A stretch of 63,067 nt of DNA, counting the filler, from Phoronis australis (Eukaryota > Animalia > Phoronida), in assembly GCA_002633005.1 (NCBI GenBank). It is 6 parts of 6 records of this genome, joined end to end, with 100 filler letters (N's around TTAATTAATTAA, not from the genome) between each part and the next. Parts side by side here need not be neighbours in the genome. Positions count along the whole stretch, not along the records: positions 41,220 to 63,067 come from NMRA01000932.1; 5 more parts are not named here. One strand, given 5' to 3'. The notes beneath the pieces were generated by a model that was not told the origin of the DNA, searched no databases, and saw only the letters and a program-made list of their open reading frames with translations. This document shows, piece by piece, positions 52,087 to 63,067 of the stretch. Position numbers and translations under genes: made by a program. Positions within the stretch are counted from its first letter, which is position 1. Every line of letters begins with the position of its first letter.

Positions 52087-53975
52087 GATTTGCAAAAAAA
52101 CTAGTTGGTTGACAGTACTTTTGGACCACATTTTTGGAATCGGTAGGAAATTTGCATTCGGGATCTAATGTTGGCTTTAGTCGAGCATCGGCAGGAAAGT
52201 GGTGGTTTTGGGGTGAAAAGTGCCGATTTTGCATTTTTTGTCTTTATTTTTCTTAGTCTAGCTTGGTTTCTACTGGGAGTGAAAGGGTCAAAAATACAAG
52301 AGAGGACAAAGTTTCTGTGCTCATCTGTAGGGCTTGTGATGTGAAATGACTCAAAACTTTTCTTTATTTGCATACAGTTTTTGACAGAGTGGAGAAAGGG
52401 TGAAGAGTCCATTGACGTGTGTTCTGCAAATCTCTGTGAGAACTGTTCAGTGCCTCCTTATCAGTCTGCGCTTCGGGGCATGGCATATGATCACGCCAAT
52501 CGCGTGACTCATCTCGCATTTGTTGTTTTCATCAATCACATAAGCGACTGAGCGAAAGATTGACAAATTAACTCTTTAGAGAAAGTGACGAAGCAATCAT
52601 CTGAGAAGTGAAAATATGCCAGGAGCGTGATAAAGTTGTTTTTGATAAGCAGACCATGTCGCAAAAGTAATGCTGAAGCAAGACCGACATTTTCAAACGG
52701 AAAAAATGAAAATTGAAATACGGCTTCGGTGAAATAATATTTAATTACTTAAGCAGTATGTAAATTAGTAAATTTTGAGCTGCAACGTTGTAGTCAGTGA
52801 TCGTTGTGTATTTGAAACAGCAGTGCCGTTTCAAAACGTTGATTTGAGAGCTTATGAAATTTTAATATAAGTTTAATGTTGGAAGTGCTCTTCAGATTTT
52901 CGATAACTTGGGGAACTGTATCTAGAACAACTACAAAAGTAAAGTAAAAATTAGTTGGAAGGATGAAACGCAATTCGCAACAAGTAAAGACACTTTTACC
53001 GCACTATGCCGAGTGCGATAACATGTGCCGTCAGCATCGACGGATACTAATGCATCGTCACCCGGGCGAGAGCATATGTCAAGCGTGACGATATACGTTG
53101 CAGCAGACCCTGGCCAGGGCATTTTTGTTAGGGTGCTTCCAGTTTTTAACTATGCAGTATGGATTGTTTACGCTCAATTGCAAACGTGCTGTTATTCATA
53201 CATGCTTAGAAATATTCAAAGAAATATTTTTTTGAACAGATTTTTGAGGGCACATTGATTGTGACTTTTAAATTCGAGACGACTGTTTTAGATATCGCAA
53301 AGCTGTATTTCTTAGTGATAATGAAGTCATCTGTCGCTCTCTTTTTGCGTTTTGAAAATGCAAATTTTCGGTGACTTTTGAAAATTTGAAATAAACCTGT
53401 CAGGAATTAATGTTTCGGCAAATGTTGACGTAGGTTGATAAAATTCGGACAGTACCATACCATTTGTTCGCTCCCAGGGGATAGCCATTAGAAGCTCAGG
53501 TACGGGTATCCATGTTATGACAGGAGTATTTGTTCGATTAGCAAGGAATTCAAGACATCGATGGCCTCCTAACGTGTCTTCTATGCACAAAAGGTACTTG
53601 CAACAACGTGACTTTGATGTTATAATCAGTGTGAGGCATAGTTCGCCGAAAAGCTTCCCGTGCATGAAAGTCCTATAGGAGCTGCACCGTTTCTACTGGT
53701 TCCAACTAGGGACTGTGGTTACTGTCTAGTAGTTTCCATGTATAAATTTCATATTTTGCCGTGACCGAGATAAATTATCACATTTTACATTATCTGAGTT
53801 TTGTCTAAGTACAGGTTATTACCAATAACAGTCGATTAAAATGCAGACTGAAATTGGCCTATCGCTGTGAAACACATGGTCTTGTCCTCAATAGTTAACG
53901 CGGAACAGTTGCAGAACAGTGCAAAGGGTGGCTAATTTTAGCGAATGTCTGCAACAACAGCTGGGCGTATGAAGC

Positions 53976-54354
53976 ATGACGTTACGCGGTGTATGCAGTC
54001 GAAACGTCAACCAGTTACTGGAAAACTGCACAATTCTTCATGGCTGTGCAACAGACCACCAATCGCCATCTCACGGCGACAATGACAAGGAAACCCTCAT
54101 TCCTAATTCAACGCATCTAACTGGAGCGAACTCCCCGTTAACGAATGTCTACAGACTGTCGACTGCCAGGCAACGATCGCATCTGTCCACAGTCAGAATT
54201 ATAATGGTCACGTGTATTCTGTTGACTGTGGCTCTTCTTGAAAGATTCGTTTTCAACGTCATTTCTGCAGTTTGGCGAAACGAAATGCTTGTGACGTTTT
54301 CCAAACGGGAAGACAAGTATGCCATTATACAGTCACAAGTACTTGTTTACACAG
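53976..54354 (+). CDS. SLC15/POT (PTR2) peptide-transporter-like gene, exon 1 (start codon uncertain)
   Basis: TM1 CILLTVALLERFVFNVI (degenerate ExxER motif). Donor acag|gtagga. Confidence 0.75.
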
Positions 54355-54723
54355 GTAGGACCCACTACAGTTTTACAAGATTATGTCAAAGAAAAGAATT
54401 GAACATCTCGTAAGACATCGACAGAGACGAAGAAGTAATCCCATCGACAGGTTTATCTCTTTCGGTAGCAGACAAGTTCTCTGTCCACAGAGACACCATG
54501 ATGTCTGAAGTAAAACACGATAGAGTTCCGTAGACATATGAATCTCATTAAGGAAGCTAGCGTGATCACGTGCTTTGCGTTACGTTGCGATATCTCGCCA
54601 AATTTTGCGAGTTCTTCTTTTCTCATGTGTACACCGCAGTTTGCATCTGCGATTCTTTTGAATCCAAAACAATGACAAATCGATTATGTAACACTTCGCG
54701 TAACTTAAGCGAGCAACGTAAAT

Positions 54724-54965
54724 CAGTGGCAGATCTACGATTTCAGTAAGGGGGGGGTTAGGATTCGAAATAATCCGAGGCGCGTAGCGCCGAGGAGAAG
54801 GAAGGTCGCGAGAGGGTTTCCCACCTCCCGTGTAAGATTTTTTGGGATTTTTAGTAGCTAATTTCGTTTTTCTGGCGATATTTTTTCCAGTTTTTATTTT
54901 TGATCCTGTCCCGAGGGGGGGGGCTTAAACCCCCTGAACCCCCCCCCCCTGTAGATCAGCCTCTG
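54724..54965. mobile_element. MITE of the same 5-bp-TSD family
   Basis: CAGTGGCAGATCTAC ... GTAGATCAGCCTCTG, TSD TAAAT. Confidence 0.85.
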
Positions 54966-54988
54966 TAAATGTAGCGTATTACACGGCG

Positions 54989-55115
54989 CAGTCGTTATCC
55001 TCCGTAATCTAGAGCCCGAGTGGATTTTGGAGAATTATCGCCCGAGGGGCGTCAGTCTCGAGGGTGATAATTCTACCAAATCCACGAGGGCTCTAGATAA
55101 GGGAGACAACGACTG
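54989..55115. repeat. Long imperfect palindrome (~55-bp arms)
   Basis: cagtcgtt...tctagagccc..gtggattt..gaattatc.ccc / ggg.gataattc..aaatccac..gggctctaga...aacgactg. Confidence 0.85.
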
Positions 55116-55870
55116 AAAACATGTAATTTGATCTATTTATACCACATACTGAACGATAAACATTGCAATGAATCGATCTACCTTTCTCGACTCGCCTCGG
55201 CTTTTGTTACTGCTTTCTATATGTCAGAGGCTCGGGGTCGGAGGTCGTGACCTTTTAAGAAACGCCGAGTTATTCTTGTTAAAATAATGTTTTTACTTAA
55301 AATCAATTGAAAATTTAAACAAAATAGAAACAAAGTGAATCTGTAAAGTAAGTTTTAAGCAGCTAGTCTAGCTTACTACACATCTTATCTTGCTAAGCTT
55401 CCACCGTGAAAATATCATCTGCTAAAGTAGGTTACCACTGGTTACTGAGTATAATGTCCAAGTCAAAGGATTCCGACGACGCGTTATCCGCTCTCAAACT
55501 GGAGATCGGTGATTTACAAGTGAGAGAAAATGACAGATAAATTTTACTGAATTAAAGATGTCGTTTTTTGTTGAGGTTGTGGGTCTTATTTTTCATAACG
55601 TATAAATGTCGGTACAATGCCATTTGTTGAACATGCGATTCTTGTAAGTCCTCATTTAAGTATTTTATTTTCACGTTCAAAGACGTCAACTGCCGAGTGC
55701 CACAGCGGTAAAGTCCATGACTTGAAATTCTGTCGAAGCCAAAAATTCCCGCCAAATTGTTATTCAACGCGCGTTGAATAACTGAATGGACTATTTAACG
55801 GTTGTATTGGCCATGTTAGGCTGATAATGTGTTATAAAAATGTATATTTCATTGAGTATTTGTTCCGTAG

Positions 55871-55969
55871 GTGGGTGTTACTTTCTAGCACTATTTGTCG
55901 GAATTCTGATTGACGCTGTCTTCGGTCGTTATTGGTCAATTGTAGTTGGTGCGGCACTGTACATCATAG
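55871..55969 (+). CDS. SLC15/POT-like exon 2
   Basis: cgtag|...|gtaagc. Translates GCYFLALFVGILIDAVFGRYWSIVVGAALYII (PTR2 GxxxADxxxGRy motif). Confidence 0.88.
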
Positions 55970-56159
55970 GTAAGCAATAATTTTAATACCATTTTGTTCG
56001 GAGAAGGATGCGGATACATCAAAATCACTAAACAGCCAGCATAACTGCTATCTATTCTGTTATCATGCCTATTACCGTTACTTCATCTTCTTATCTGCTT
56101 TCTATTTCAACTACCACTACCAGTGCATGTACTTCTACTAATGCTACTAATACTTGTAC

Positions 56160-56206
<47 letters not shown>

Positions 56207-56231
56207 GTTGTTGTTGTTGCTGTTGCTGTTG
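56160..56231 (+). repeat. Compound microsatellite (TAT)n(TGT/TGC)n; a similar low-complexity trinucleotide tract lies at ~61360-61510
   Basis: Read directly. It explains the poly-Y/C, poly-I/V and poly-L pseudo-ORFs. Confidence 0.97.
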
Positions 56232-56533
56232 TTGTTGTTGTTGTTGTTATTACCATCAATCTTCATCATCTTCTTAGATTTCGTCACCTTCATCATTTTC
56301 TTCTGTTGTCCTTCTTCCTTTGCGTATCCATCTCCTAACTCTTTCCAACTTTTTTAAAAGTCTTCTGCTCCCAATTCTGTTGCTCTATCTTCACCCTTTC
56401 TTTCCTTCTTAGTTTTTCAGTATAGATCTTGAAATCCTATTCATATAGTAACTTTTCAACACACCATTCAATGGTAAAGTGCAATGTAGCTGTCATCAAG
56501 TGTAAAATGGTCCTTTTCCGTATGTTCTTCTAG

Positions 56534-56589
56534 GTGGCGTTATCGTCGCAGTTGACTGCCCCATGCTGACGCCATTTAGGTGTGGATGG
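56534..56589 (+). CDS. SLC15/POT-like exon 3
   Basis: ttctag|...|gtgggt. Bridges phase 1 to phase 0 between exons 2 and 4. Translates GVIVAVDCPMLTPFRCGW. Confidence 0.6.
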
Positions 56590-56897
56590 GTGGGTAGAAT
56601 TTGTTGCTTTAGATTACGTTTCATTAAGCGGATAAAGTTTCCAAACAAAAAACTTACCCGAAATCAGTGGTTGATTTGAAAAGGCTGCAGCGGAAGTTAT
56701 GTAAATAAATTCTGAGTCGTCTCAAATTTGACGGTTGCCAATTTTCAAACTTAAAGACTTTTTTATAACAATTTGAAATATTTACTTATACAATACATGT
56801 GTCTCTGAGGACCATTGTTTCGCTACCGCCATCAAGTGAATTTCGAGCTTCCATGCTTTCCATTGAAATTCAAACCTCAATTTCACTTCCATTTCAG

Positions 56898-57037
56898 GAT
56901 CTCATTACAATGTCATTGGTTATAGTGTCTTTCGCTCAAGCGTTCATGAGAACAAGTCTCTGCCCGTTTCTAGTCGACCAAATCGCTTGGAATTTCACCA
57001 ACAGCAGTGTTTCAAAAATCGAGATGGTGATTGCATG
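56898..57037 (+). CDS. SLC15/POT-like exon 4
   Basis: tttcag|...|gtaaag. Translates DLITMSLVIVSFAQAFMRTSLCPFLVDQ... (cf. the POT KxNxxPFGADQ motif). Confidence 0.85.
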
Positions 57038-58272
57038 GTAAAGCCGATAAGAGTTCGTGTGCCGAACTCTAATCTCCGATCGTTAACTCGAGATAAGTGC
57101 ACGCTTATGAATTTGTAATCCAAGTTCGCACTTGACGACTCCAAAAATTAGGCTACTGTTTCTAGTGTGGACTGAAGGTTTTATCTCGAATTTAGGGGTC
57201 GTGAAATGCCCAGTAGGATTTGACGCTCTTCTGCATGTAGTAGTAGTCGAGCCCAAATCAAGTTTTTAATTACTAATCTTGACCCCGGGAAAATATTTAC
57301 AAGAAATTTGAGGTTTGAGTTCAGGTTCGAGTGTGAAGATTTGATATTTGGCCCATGTCTATGACAAGTGTTAACTCGTAACTTTAAAGGAGTAACATCT
57401 GTTTAAAAAGATATCACTGAAACGCTTGATTGGTCTAATCTAGCACCCTTACTAACAGGCCCAATATTATCTTTGCTTACACAATTGTGATAATAAGCTA
57501 CCCCCGTTACCAGAGATCGATTATTAAAGTAACTTTTTAAGAATTATCAACAAAGCATAAAATTATGAAAAATCCTTCATGTTCACCGGATATTTTTGCG
57601 CACACAAATAATGTTCAGATGTTCGCAATTGGGATGTGTCTGCGTTTTTTAAATGTCTTTTCACGGATACCACCGTTATTTGAACAAAAAAATTATTTTT
57701 TTGCACAAAACTTGCAAATTCTAGTTCTTTATTCTGTTAGCTGGGAGTCTCGTTTAAGGGCTTTCAGCTCCGAGAACTCCGGCGTCAAAATTAGGGCAAC
57801 ATTCCTTGAACAAACAAAAAACGCAAGACCTGCTTTTGGACAGCCGAGCGCTCGGGCTAAAATGTCTTAAAAGTACACCCAAACATGCTTTTATAGCTAA
57901 TACAATAAAGTAACAGGATTTTCAAGTTTCACGAGAACAACGTGTTTGTGGAAAATTGGTCGATCTCGATCGTGGAGAAGTTGTGATGTGGAACGTCTGG
58001 ACATTGTTTTCGCACACGCACAATAGCATTCTGAGATCACCAAGGGTTTTTGAAAAGTTTATAAGAAATCCGTTCCTTTGTAACGGAAGTATCGTATTAC
58101 CGTAATTCAAGACGATTCGTCAGTGATTTCATTTGAACACGCGAGGTACAAGTACGTGTATCCAACTGCGTGCATTTGTGACCACCTATAATACGAACCC
58201 ACGTATTGTTCTTTCCGTCGTAAACGATTTTTATCTGGGAGAGGAATAATGCAAAACGAAGCAAATTTTTTG

Positions 58273-58498
58273 TACTGGATGACATCATTCAAACACAAAT
58301 ATATCCCCTTGTTAATTCACGTGCAACGATAGATACTCATTCTGAATTACTGGATGACATCATTCAAACACAAATATATCCCCTTGTTAATTCACGTGCA
58401 ACGATAGATACTCATTCTGAATTACTGGATGACATCATTCAAACACAAATATATCCGCTTGTTAATTCACGTGCGTCTATAGATACTCATTCTGAATT
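58273..58498 (+). repeat. Tandem repeat 3 x 75 bp; also 2 x 54 bp at 58898-59009 and 2 x ~68 bp at ~59636-59767
   Basis: Unit tactggatgacatcattcaaacac... starts at 58273, 58348 and 58423. Confidence 0.93.
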
Positions 58499-59402
58499 CC
58501 GCGTCTGGTAACAACGTAGTTAAATTTTCAAGAATCATTGTTGTAGATAATATAAAATTGTTTTACCCATGGCAATGTCCAAAATCGTTGACACTCGGCC
58601 CATGGTTTATCGCGTGTAGTAAGGAACCCTATCTCATCGTCTTAAAAAGACGAACTTTAGCGTCCCACCATAAATAAGTACCGTCATCTTTGAAAATCAT
58701 TACCTTGGTTCACGTTTCGGGATGGGACTCAATTCGGGTTTCTTATTTTAGCGTTCCTAATTACACGAGCCAATCTTTTAATGGATTTCTAAGCCTTGGT
58801 TTGGTGATTTCATGCAAACCTGAATTTCCTCAATGAGACTTAATGTCCATTCCAATCCCCAACGAGTACATGACTTATAGCAGGAAGTAAGTCGAAAAAT
58901 CGTGTAAGAGTATCTATCTACGGTGTACTGAATACGAATATCGTATTTTACAATCGTGTAAGAGTATCTATCTACGGTGTATTGAATACGAATATCGTAT
59001 TTTACAATCCGATGGTGTAAACAGGGCTACAGTAACAAGTTCTCAAACTTGTTCCAAATTTTCCGGGTTGAGGAAGGAAACAGTATTGTTTTGTTTCAAC
59101 AATTTAGATGATTTAAAGTCGTATATAGAATATCATCCGGAACTCCTCGGGTATTTTCGTAGCCTCAGTTTTCCCAGTCATAAGACATGTCACGTGACTT
59201 TCAAAATGGAGAATTATTGTTCGTGTGGCTGAAGTTCGCACATATGCGCTGATATTTAAACACTTTTAAGAGGAAATTTGAGAAAACGGAATATCCACGT
59301 TACTCCAGATGAGTTAAAATGTGTCAGCGGGTAATAACAGGTTCAGTATCCTTCTACATTTTGAAAACATATTCGGTTCTTAACAATGGCAATTGCTTCC
59401 AG

Positions 59403-59563
59403 GATTTGTTCGGTTGATTTTCTCGGCGGCATTGCATCCTGTGTTGTCACCGGCATTCTACGCACAGGTCCGCTGTCGCCTGCCTGTGTTTTAGCGTGTG
59501 TCATCTTGAATGCTGTTTTATTTGTTGCCGGAACCAAACTCTACGCTATCAAAGTCAGAAAAA
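59403..59563 (+). CDS. SLC15/POT-like exon 5
   Basis: ttccag|...|gtaagt, phase 2-1. Translates WICSVDFLGGIAS...VLFVAGTKLY (cf. WFYxxINxG and FxxGxxxY). Confidence 0.8.
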
Positions 59564-60226
59564 GTAAGTAAAACATTTATTCGTACAACAAGAGTTCATT
59601 CAAATACATTTTTCGAATTTGTAAATATTGCAGTACAGTACACTGTCTCTCAGAACAACGGTAACGACGATAATATCGGTTGGGAAAAATGAACGATGCA
59701 GAACAGTACACGGTCTCCCAGAATAATGGTAACGACGAAGACAATATCGGTTGGGAGAAATGAACGAGTGAGAAGTGCTCTTTCGTAGACTAGGCTGAAA
59801 AAGGTGGATTTTGTTTGCGGAAGTGAAAACTCGGCAAAATAGTGCAACTTCCCTACTGTTTTGCATTGAAACGTGCGAGATTTAATATTATAGGTAATTA
59901 TAAGTTTTTAAAGGTTTTTATAAATAGGCCACAAGTTATATCCGAATGGATATTAGCGCAAAATGGTCGCAATGTTGAGAGCCCGGAGTCTAGTTTCAGA
60001 ACTTGCGACAAAATCGAATTCGAAATTGCATTTCCTGTCGTGATTTGGTACGGCCTCGAGATATGTGTGTCTCCGATACGTCTTGTCTCGATTGAAAAAT
60101 TGCCTTTCTTCGCGATAGCACACGCGTTCAGCAATTATGTGAAAAAAGAACAATGTGAGATTGACTTGGAATTTCTATTTTTTACACCTGCCTTGCTTTA
60201 CTTTTTCCTTGTTCTCATTTATTTAG

Positions 60227-60459
60227 GACGAGTCATCACTGGAATTGCGCGGCTAACAATCCATCGTTTAACCAACTGCTTTCACAAAAGAAGTTACTCC
60301 CGAACCTCATGTAACCATGAAGAAAGATCAGCGACAATAGTAGGCCATTTGACTAATCCAAACACAGCTTTGAATGACGCCGTGGCATGCTTGCAGAAGA
60401 TTGGTCACGTGCTCCCTGTCTTAGGAACCATTCTGGTGTTCTACGCCGTATCGCCACAG
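60227..60459 (+). CDS. SLC15/POT-like exon 6
   Basis: atttag|...|gtaact. Ends VACLQKIGHVLPVLGTILVFYAVSPQ (cf. VKxLxxxLPVFxxxIxYWxxYxQ). Confidence 0.85.
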
Positions 60460-60968
60460 GTAACTTGCCATACTGGCGCTCACATGACCTGCGCCAGATG
60501 TAAATAAAGAACGCAAGGTTAAATTTGGTGCCATGGAGCACTCAAATGAAAGCCACATTGTCGACGTTGCGACGCCCCCACGTTTGCATTCACGCTGACG
60601 TGAAGAGTTTTCATTAGTTCATAGAATTTCGATACTGAGTCCAGTGAGAAACTCGTTCAATAGACTACTTGATTAACATTACAGGAAATACAAATGCGCA
60701 TTAATAAGGAGTGTAAATGACACCACGGCTATGGCACCTCTAGTAAATCCCAGCTCAGTCCATCCCGAATTCCCCGCACCTGTCTACCGGTAGGGAGTTC
60801 TTTGGAGTACCATTTCCCGTTGCGACATCCTAAATCCGCCAGTGATCTTGGGTCCAGGATATAGATAGTTCACCACTGTGCTCCGTCCGTGACAGAAAAC
60901 GGTTTTAAAACTGAAGCGACTAAACTTTATGACCACGGTTGCAACTTCAGCAACTGTTGACTAATAAG

Positions 60969-61167
60969 CAGTGGCAGTAAGGGAGGAGAGGGTTTAGGAT
61001 TCACCCGAATCCAAGGCGCCTAACGCCGAGCTGGTGGAGGTTAGATTTTTTTTTGGTTTCTGCAGCTGATTTCGTTTTCCTAGCGACTTTTTTTTTAAAT
61101 TTTATTTCTTATCCTGTCTCAGGAGGAAGTTTATACTCCCTGAGCCCCAACCGTAGATCCGCCTCTG
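60969..61167. mobile_element. MITE of the same 5-bp-TSD family
   Basis: CAGTGGC ... GTAGATCCGCCTCTG, TSD ATAAG. Internal similarity to 54724-54965. Confidence 0.8.
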
Positions 61168-61546
61168 ATAAGGTCCCTATAAGCAGTTCTGCAAAATCAA
61201 CGCCTGTTGACAACTTCTAGATTTTTGTAGACCAAGCTTAACACATTGTTATATGGACTCGTCACCTTCAGTTGCCTGTCTATCTAATTATTGGAGTGTG
61301 TCCGAGGCACATGAATATGCCCCTCACTCTTCGCACATTGCTGCTACATCTCTCGAGCACCACTGCTGCTACCGCCATCACTACCACCGCCACCACCACC
61401 ACCACCCACTTCTACTACTGCTGCCGCTACCGCTACTGTTACCGCTTATGTTGCCAGTGGTGTTGGTTGTAATGTTGGTGGTTGTGAGGATGGTGGTTGT
61501 GGTGGTGACTGTGACGGTAGAACCACTACATCTATTTCCATTTTAG

Positions 61547-61736
61547 GCGACAGTAGCTTTGCCTCAAATCATGAAAGCAAATCTCAGTAGTCCCCCTGAG
61601 GTCTCTATGTTCACGCCCGAAGAAAGGAATTATTTGTTTATCGCCCTGAGCATCACCAGTGCCTGTCTGTCTCTGATGACTTTCGTTGTCGTGCAGCCAA
61701 CTTGCAGGCTGAAACTATCGCTTTTCCAAAAAATAG
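61547..61736 (+). CDS. SLC15/POT-like exon 7
   Basis: ttttag|...|gtaggt, phase 0-1. Ends RLKLSLFQKIG (cf. LQ[KR]IGxG). Confidence 0.8.
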
Positions 61737-62332
61737 GTAGGTGGCACCCGAACAAATACGAGCAAACCTAAATTTCTTTTATCCTGGAAGCCACAAATAC
61801 ATCATCTGTGTACGTTGACGTTGTTAGCTGCGTTGTATTTCATACTTCCCAACCGTCTGTCTACGACGAGCGGGAACTCGGTATTTCAGGAAATCTAAAC
61901 ATTACGAAAGAGGCAAGCAGAAAAGCGGCAGTGATCAAATGATGCAATGAATAATAGTATTCTACATGTTCTGTCGGTGCCTGTATCGGCTTCATACCTT
62001 GGATAAAAACTGAAGTGTGTAAAGTTTGACAGGCTTGAAAATTAAGGTTAACATTGTTTAATATAGATCTGCACAGATGGACGAGAGAGAAGAGCGTGCC
62101 TCTAATGAAAGGGCCTATCTGCCAATATTATCTGCTCAGATTGACGAGAGAGCAGCGTGTGTCTCCAATAAAAACTTCTCTTTCTGTATTTAACGGTCTT
62201 TTCAGATTGACAAGACATCAGAGCTTGTCTTCAATGAAAACTCTTTGCTTCCAATACTCATGATAAGAGAGCGGAGCATGTCTCTAATAAAAACTCCTGG
62301 CATCCAATGTTGTCATCTGTACTCGTTTACAG

Positions 62333-62500
62333 GTACCTCCAACCTTTTGTTGTCGGTCTGTGCCATAACTGGGGCGGTTTTAAGTGCCATCAGGGAGCGC
62401 CAATTATCCAATGAAACCTATAGCAAAATGTCAATTATGTGTTATGAAGCTTTCACTTCTCTCCTGCTATACTTCAGTGAAATCATCATCATAGTAGCAG
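62333..62500 (+). CDS. SLC15/POT-like exon 8 (gene continues beyond the window)
   Basis: ttacag|...|gtaaga. Ends MSIMCYEAFTSLLLYFSEIIIIVAG (cf. SIxWQxPQYxLIGxSEIFxxIxG). Confidence 0.85.
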
Positions 62501-63067
62501 GTAAGAGTTCAATAAACCTTGTATCTGGCTAGAAAAGAAAAATATCGCAAGATTCACTGTGTATTTTCAATGAGAGCATGTGATTTTGGCTAGATTTTCT
62601 CGTCGCCAGACAGATACTGAACTCTACGGTGGCCCAAAGATGACACCACGCGTTTCTTTTTTAATTATCTCAGGATATCGAGATCCGACTTAATTATCTC
62701 AAAAGACCGAAGGTCGAGGCCTATACGGGGAATACAATCGAGTGGAAATTACTTTGTCTACACCAATCGAGGTACGTTTTGTATTTATCCCCTACTGTTT
62801 GAATTCCCCAGTTTCTTTCATTTTTTCGGCAGATTTTTAAACAGTACACACCATGGATTTTTGCACATTTTGAATTACCGGTGGCCACAGACTAAATGTA
62901 TGACGTAAAATTGAGCTAAACCCATGTTTATTTTGTGTAATTAGCTCGAAATTTTGATTTTTCTTTCAATTTTGCCAATTTTCACATTTCCCGCCATGTG
63001 ACGTCATGGGTTGAACACAAGAGATCAGTGACTAGCATTGAACAATGGCGGAGAGCAGGGAATTTGA

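Noticed and set aside
56065-56357. Poly-Tyr/Cys, poly-Ile/Val and poly-Leu ORFs (also 61253-61546)
   Set aside because: Translations of intronic trinucleotide microsatellites.
59341-59383. Alternative acceptor for SLC15 exon 5, giving a premature stop
   Set aside because: The acceptor at 59402 has a better pyrimidine tract, keeps the frame open and aligns with the family motif.
59842-60507. 221-aa ORF as a standalone gene
   Set aside because: Only 60227-60459 fits the SLC15 model between splice sites; the rest is open intron.

Overview
Animal (invertebrate-like, AT-rich, intron-rich) genomic DNA, not prokaryotic. The window is a concatenation of six contigs joined by an artificial 100-bp spacer (N44-TTAATTAATTAA-N44 at 1878-1977, 5744-5843, 23397-23496, 36822-36921, 41120-41219), plus one ordinary 551-N gap (39517-40067). 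Adjacency across the spacers therefore means nothing. Most short ORFs in the track are noise. By reading splice sites and reading-frame phases by hand I could assemble these host genes: two VWC-domain exons (-), two astacin metalloprotease exons separated by a ~10-kb intron (+), the last five exons of a Cys-rich EB-module protein with a GPI-like tail (-), one AADAC/NCEH1-like lipase exon (-), an intronless orphan class A GPCR (-), and eight exons of a divergent SLC15/POT transporter (+, running off the window). The mobile fraction is rich. It includes the right end of a Polinton/Maverick (adintovirus-like) element, with a protein-primed PolB C-terminus and an ...ACTATACTACT terminus, and a Penelope-like remnant with a minimal U3-A8 hammerhead ribozyme. 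There are also three THAP-domain relics, TA-flanked and 5-bp-TSD TIR elements, an inverted pair of LTR-like sequences, long palindromes, and a repeat family carrying arrays of CTCF-like motifs. All family assignments come from motif recognition only; no database search was run.
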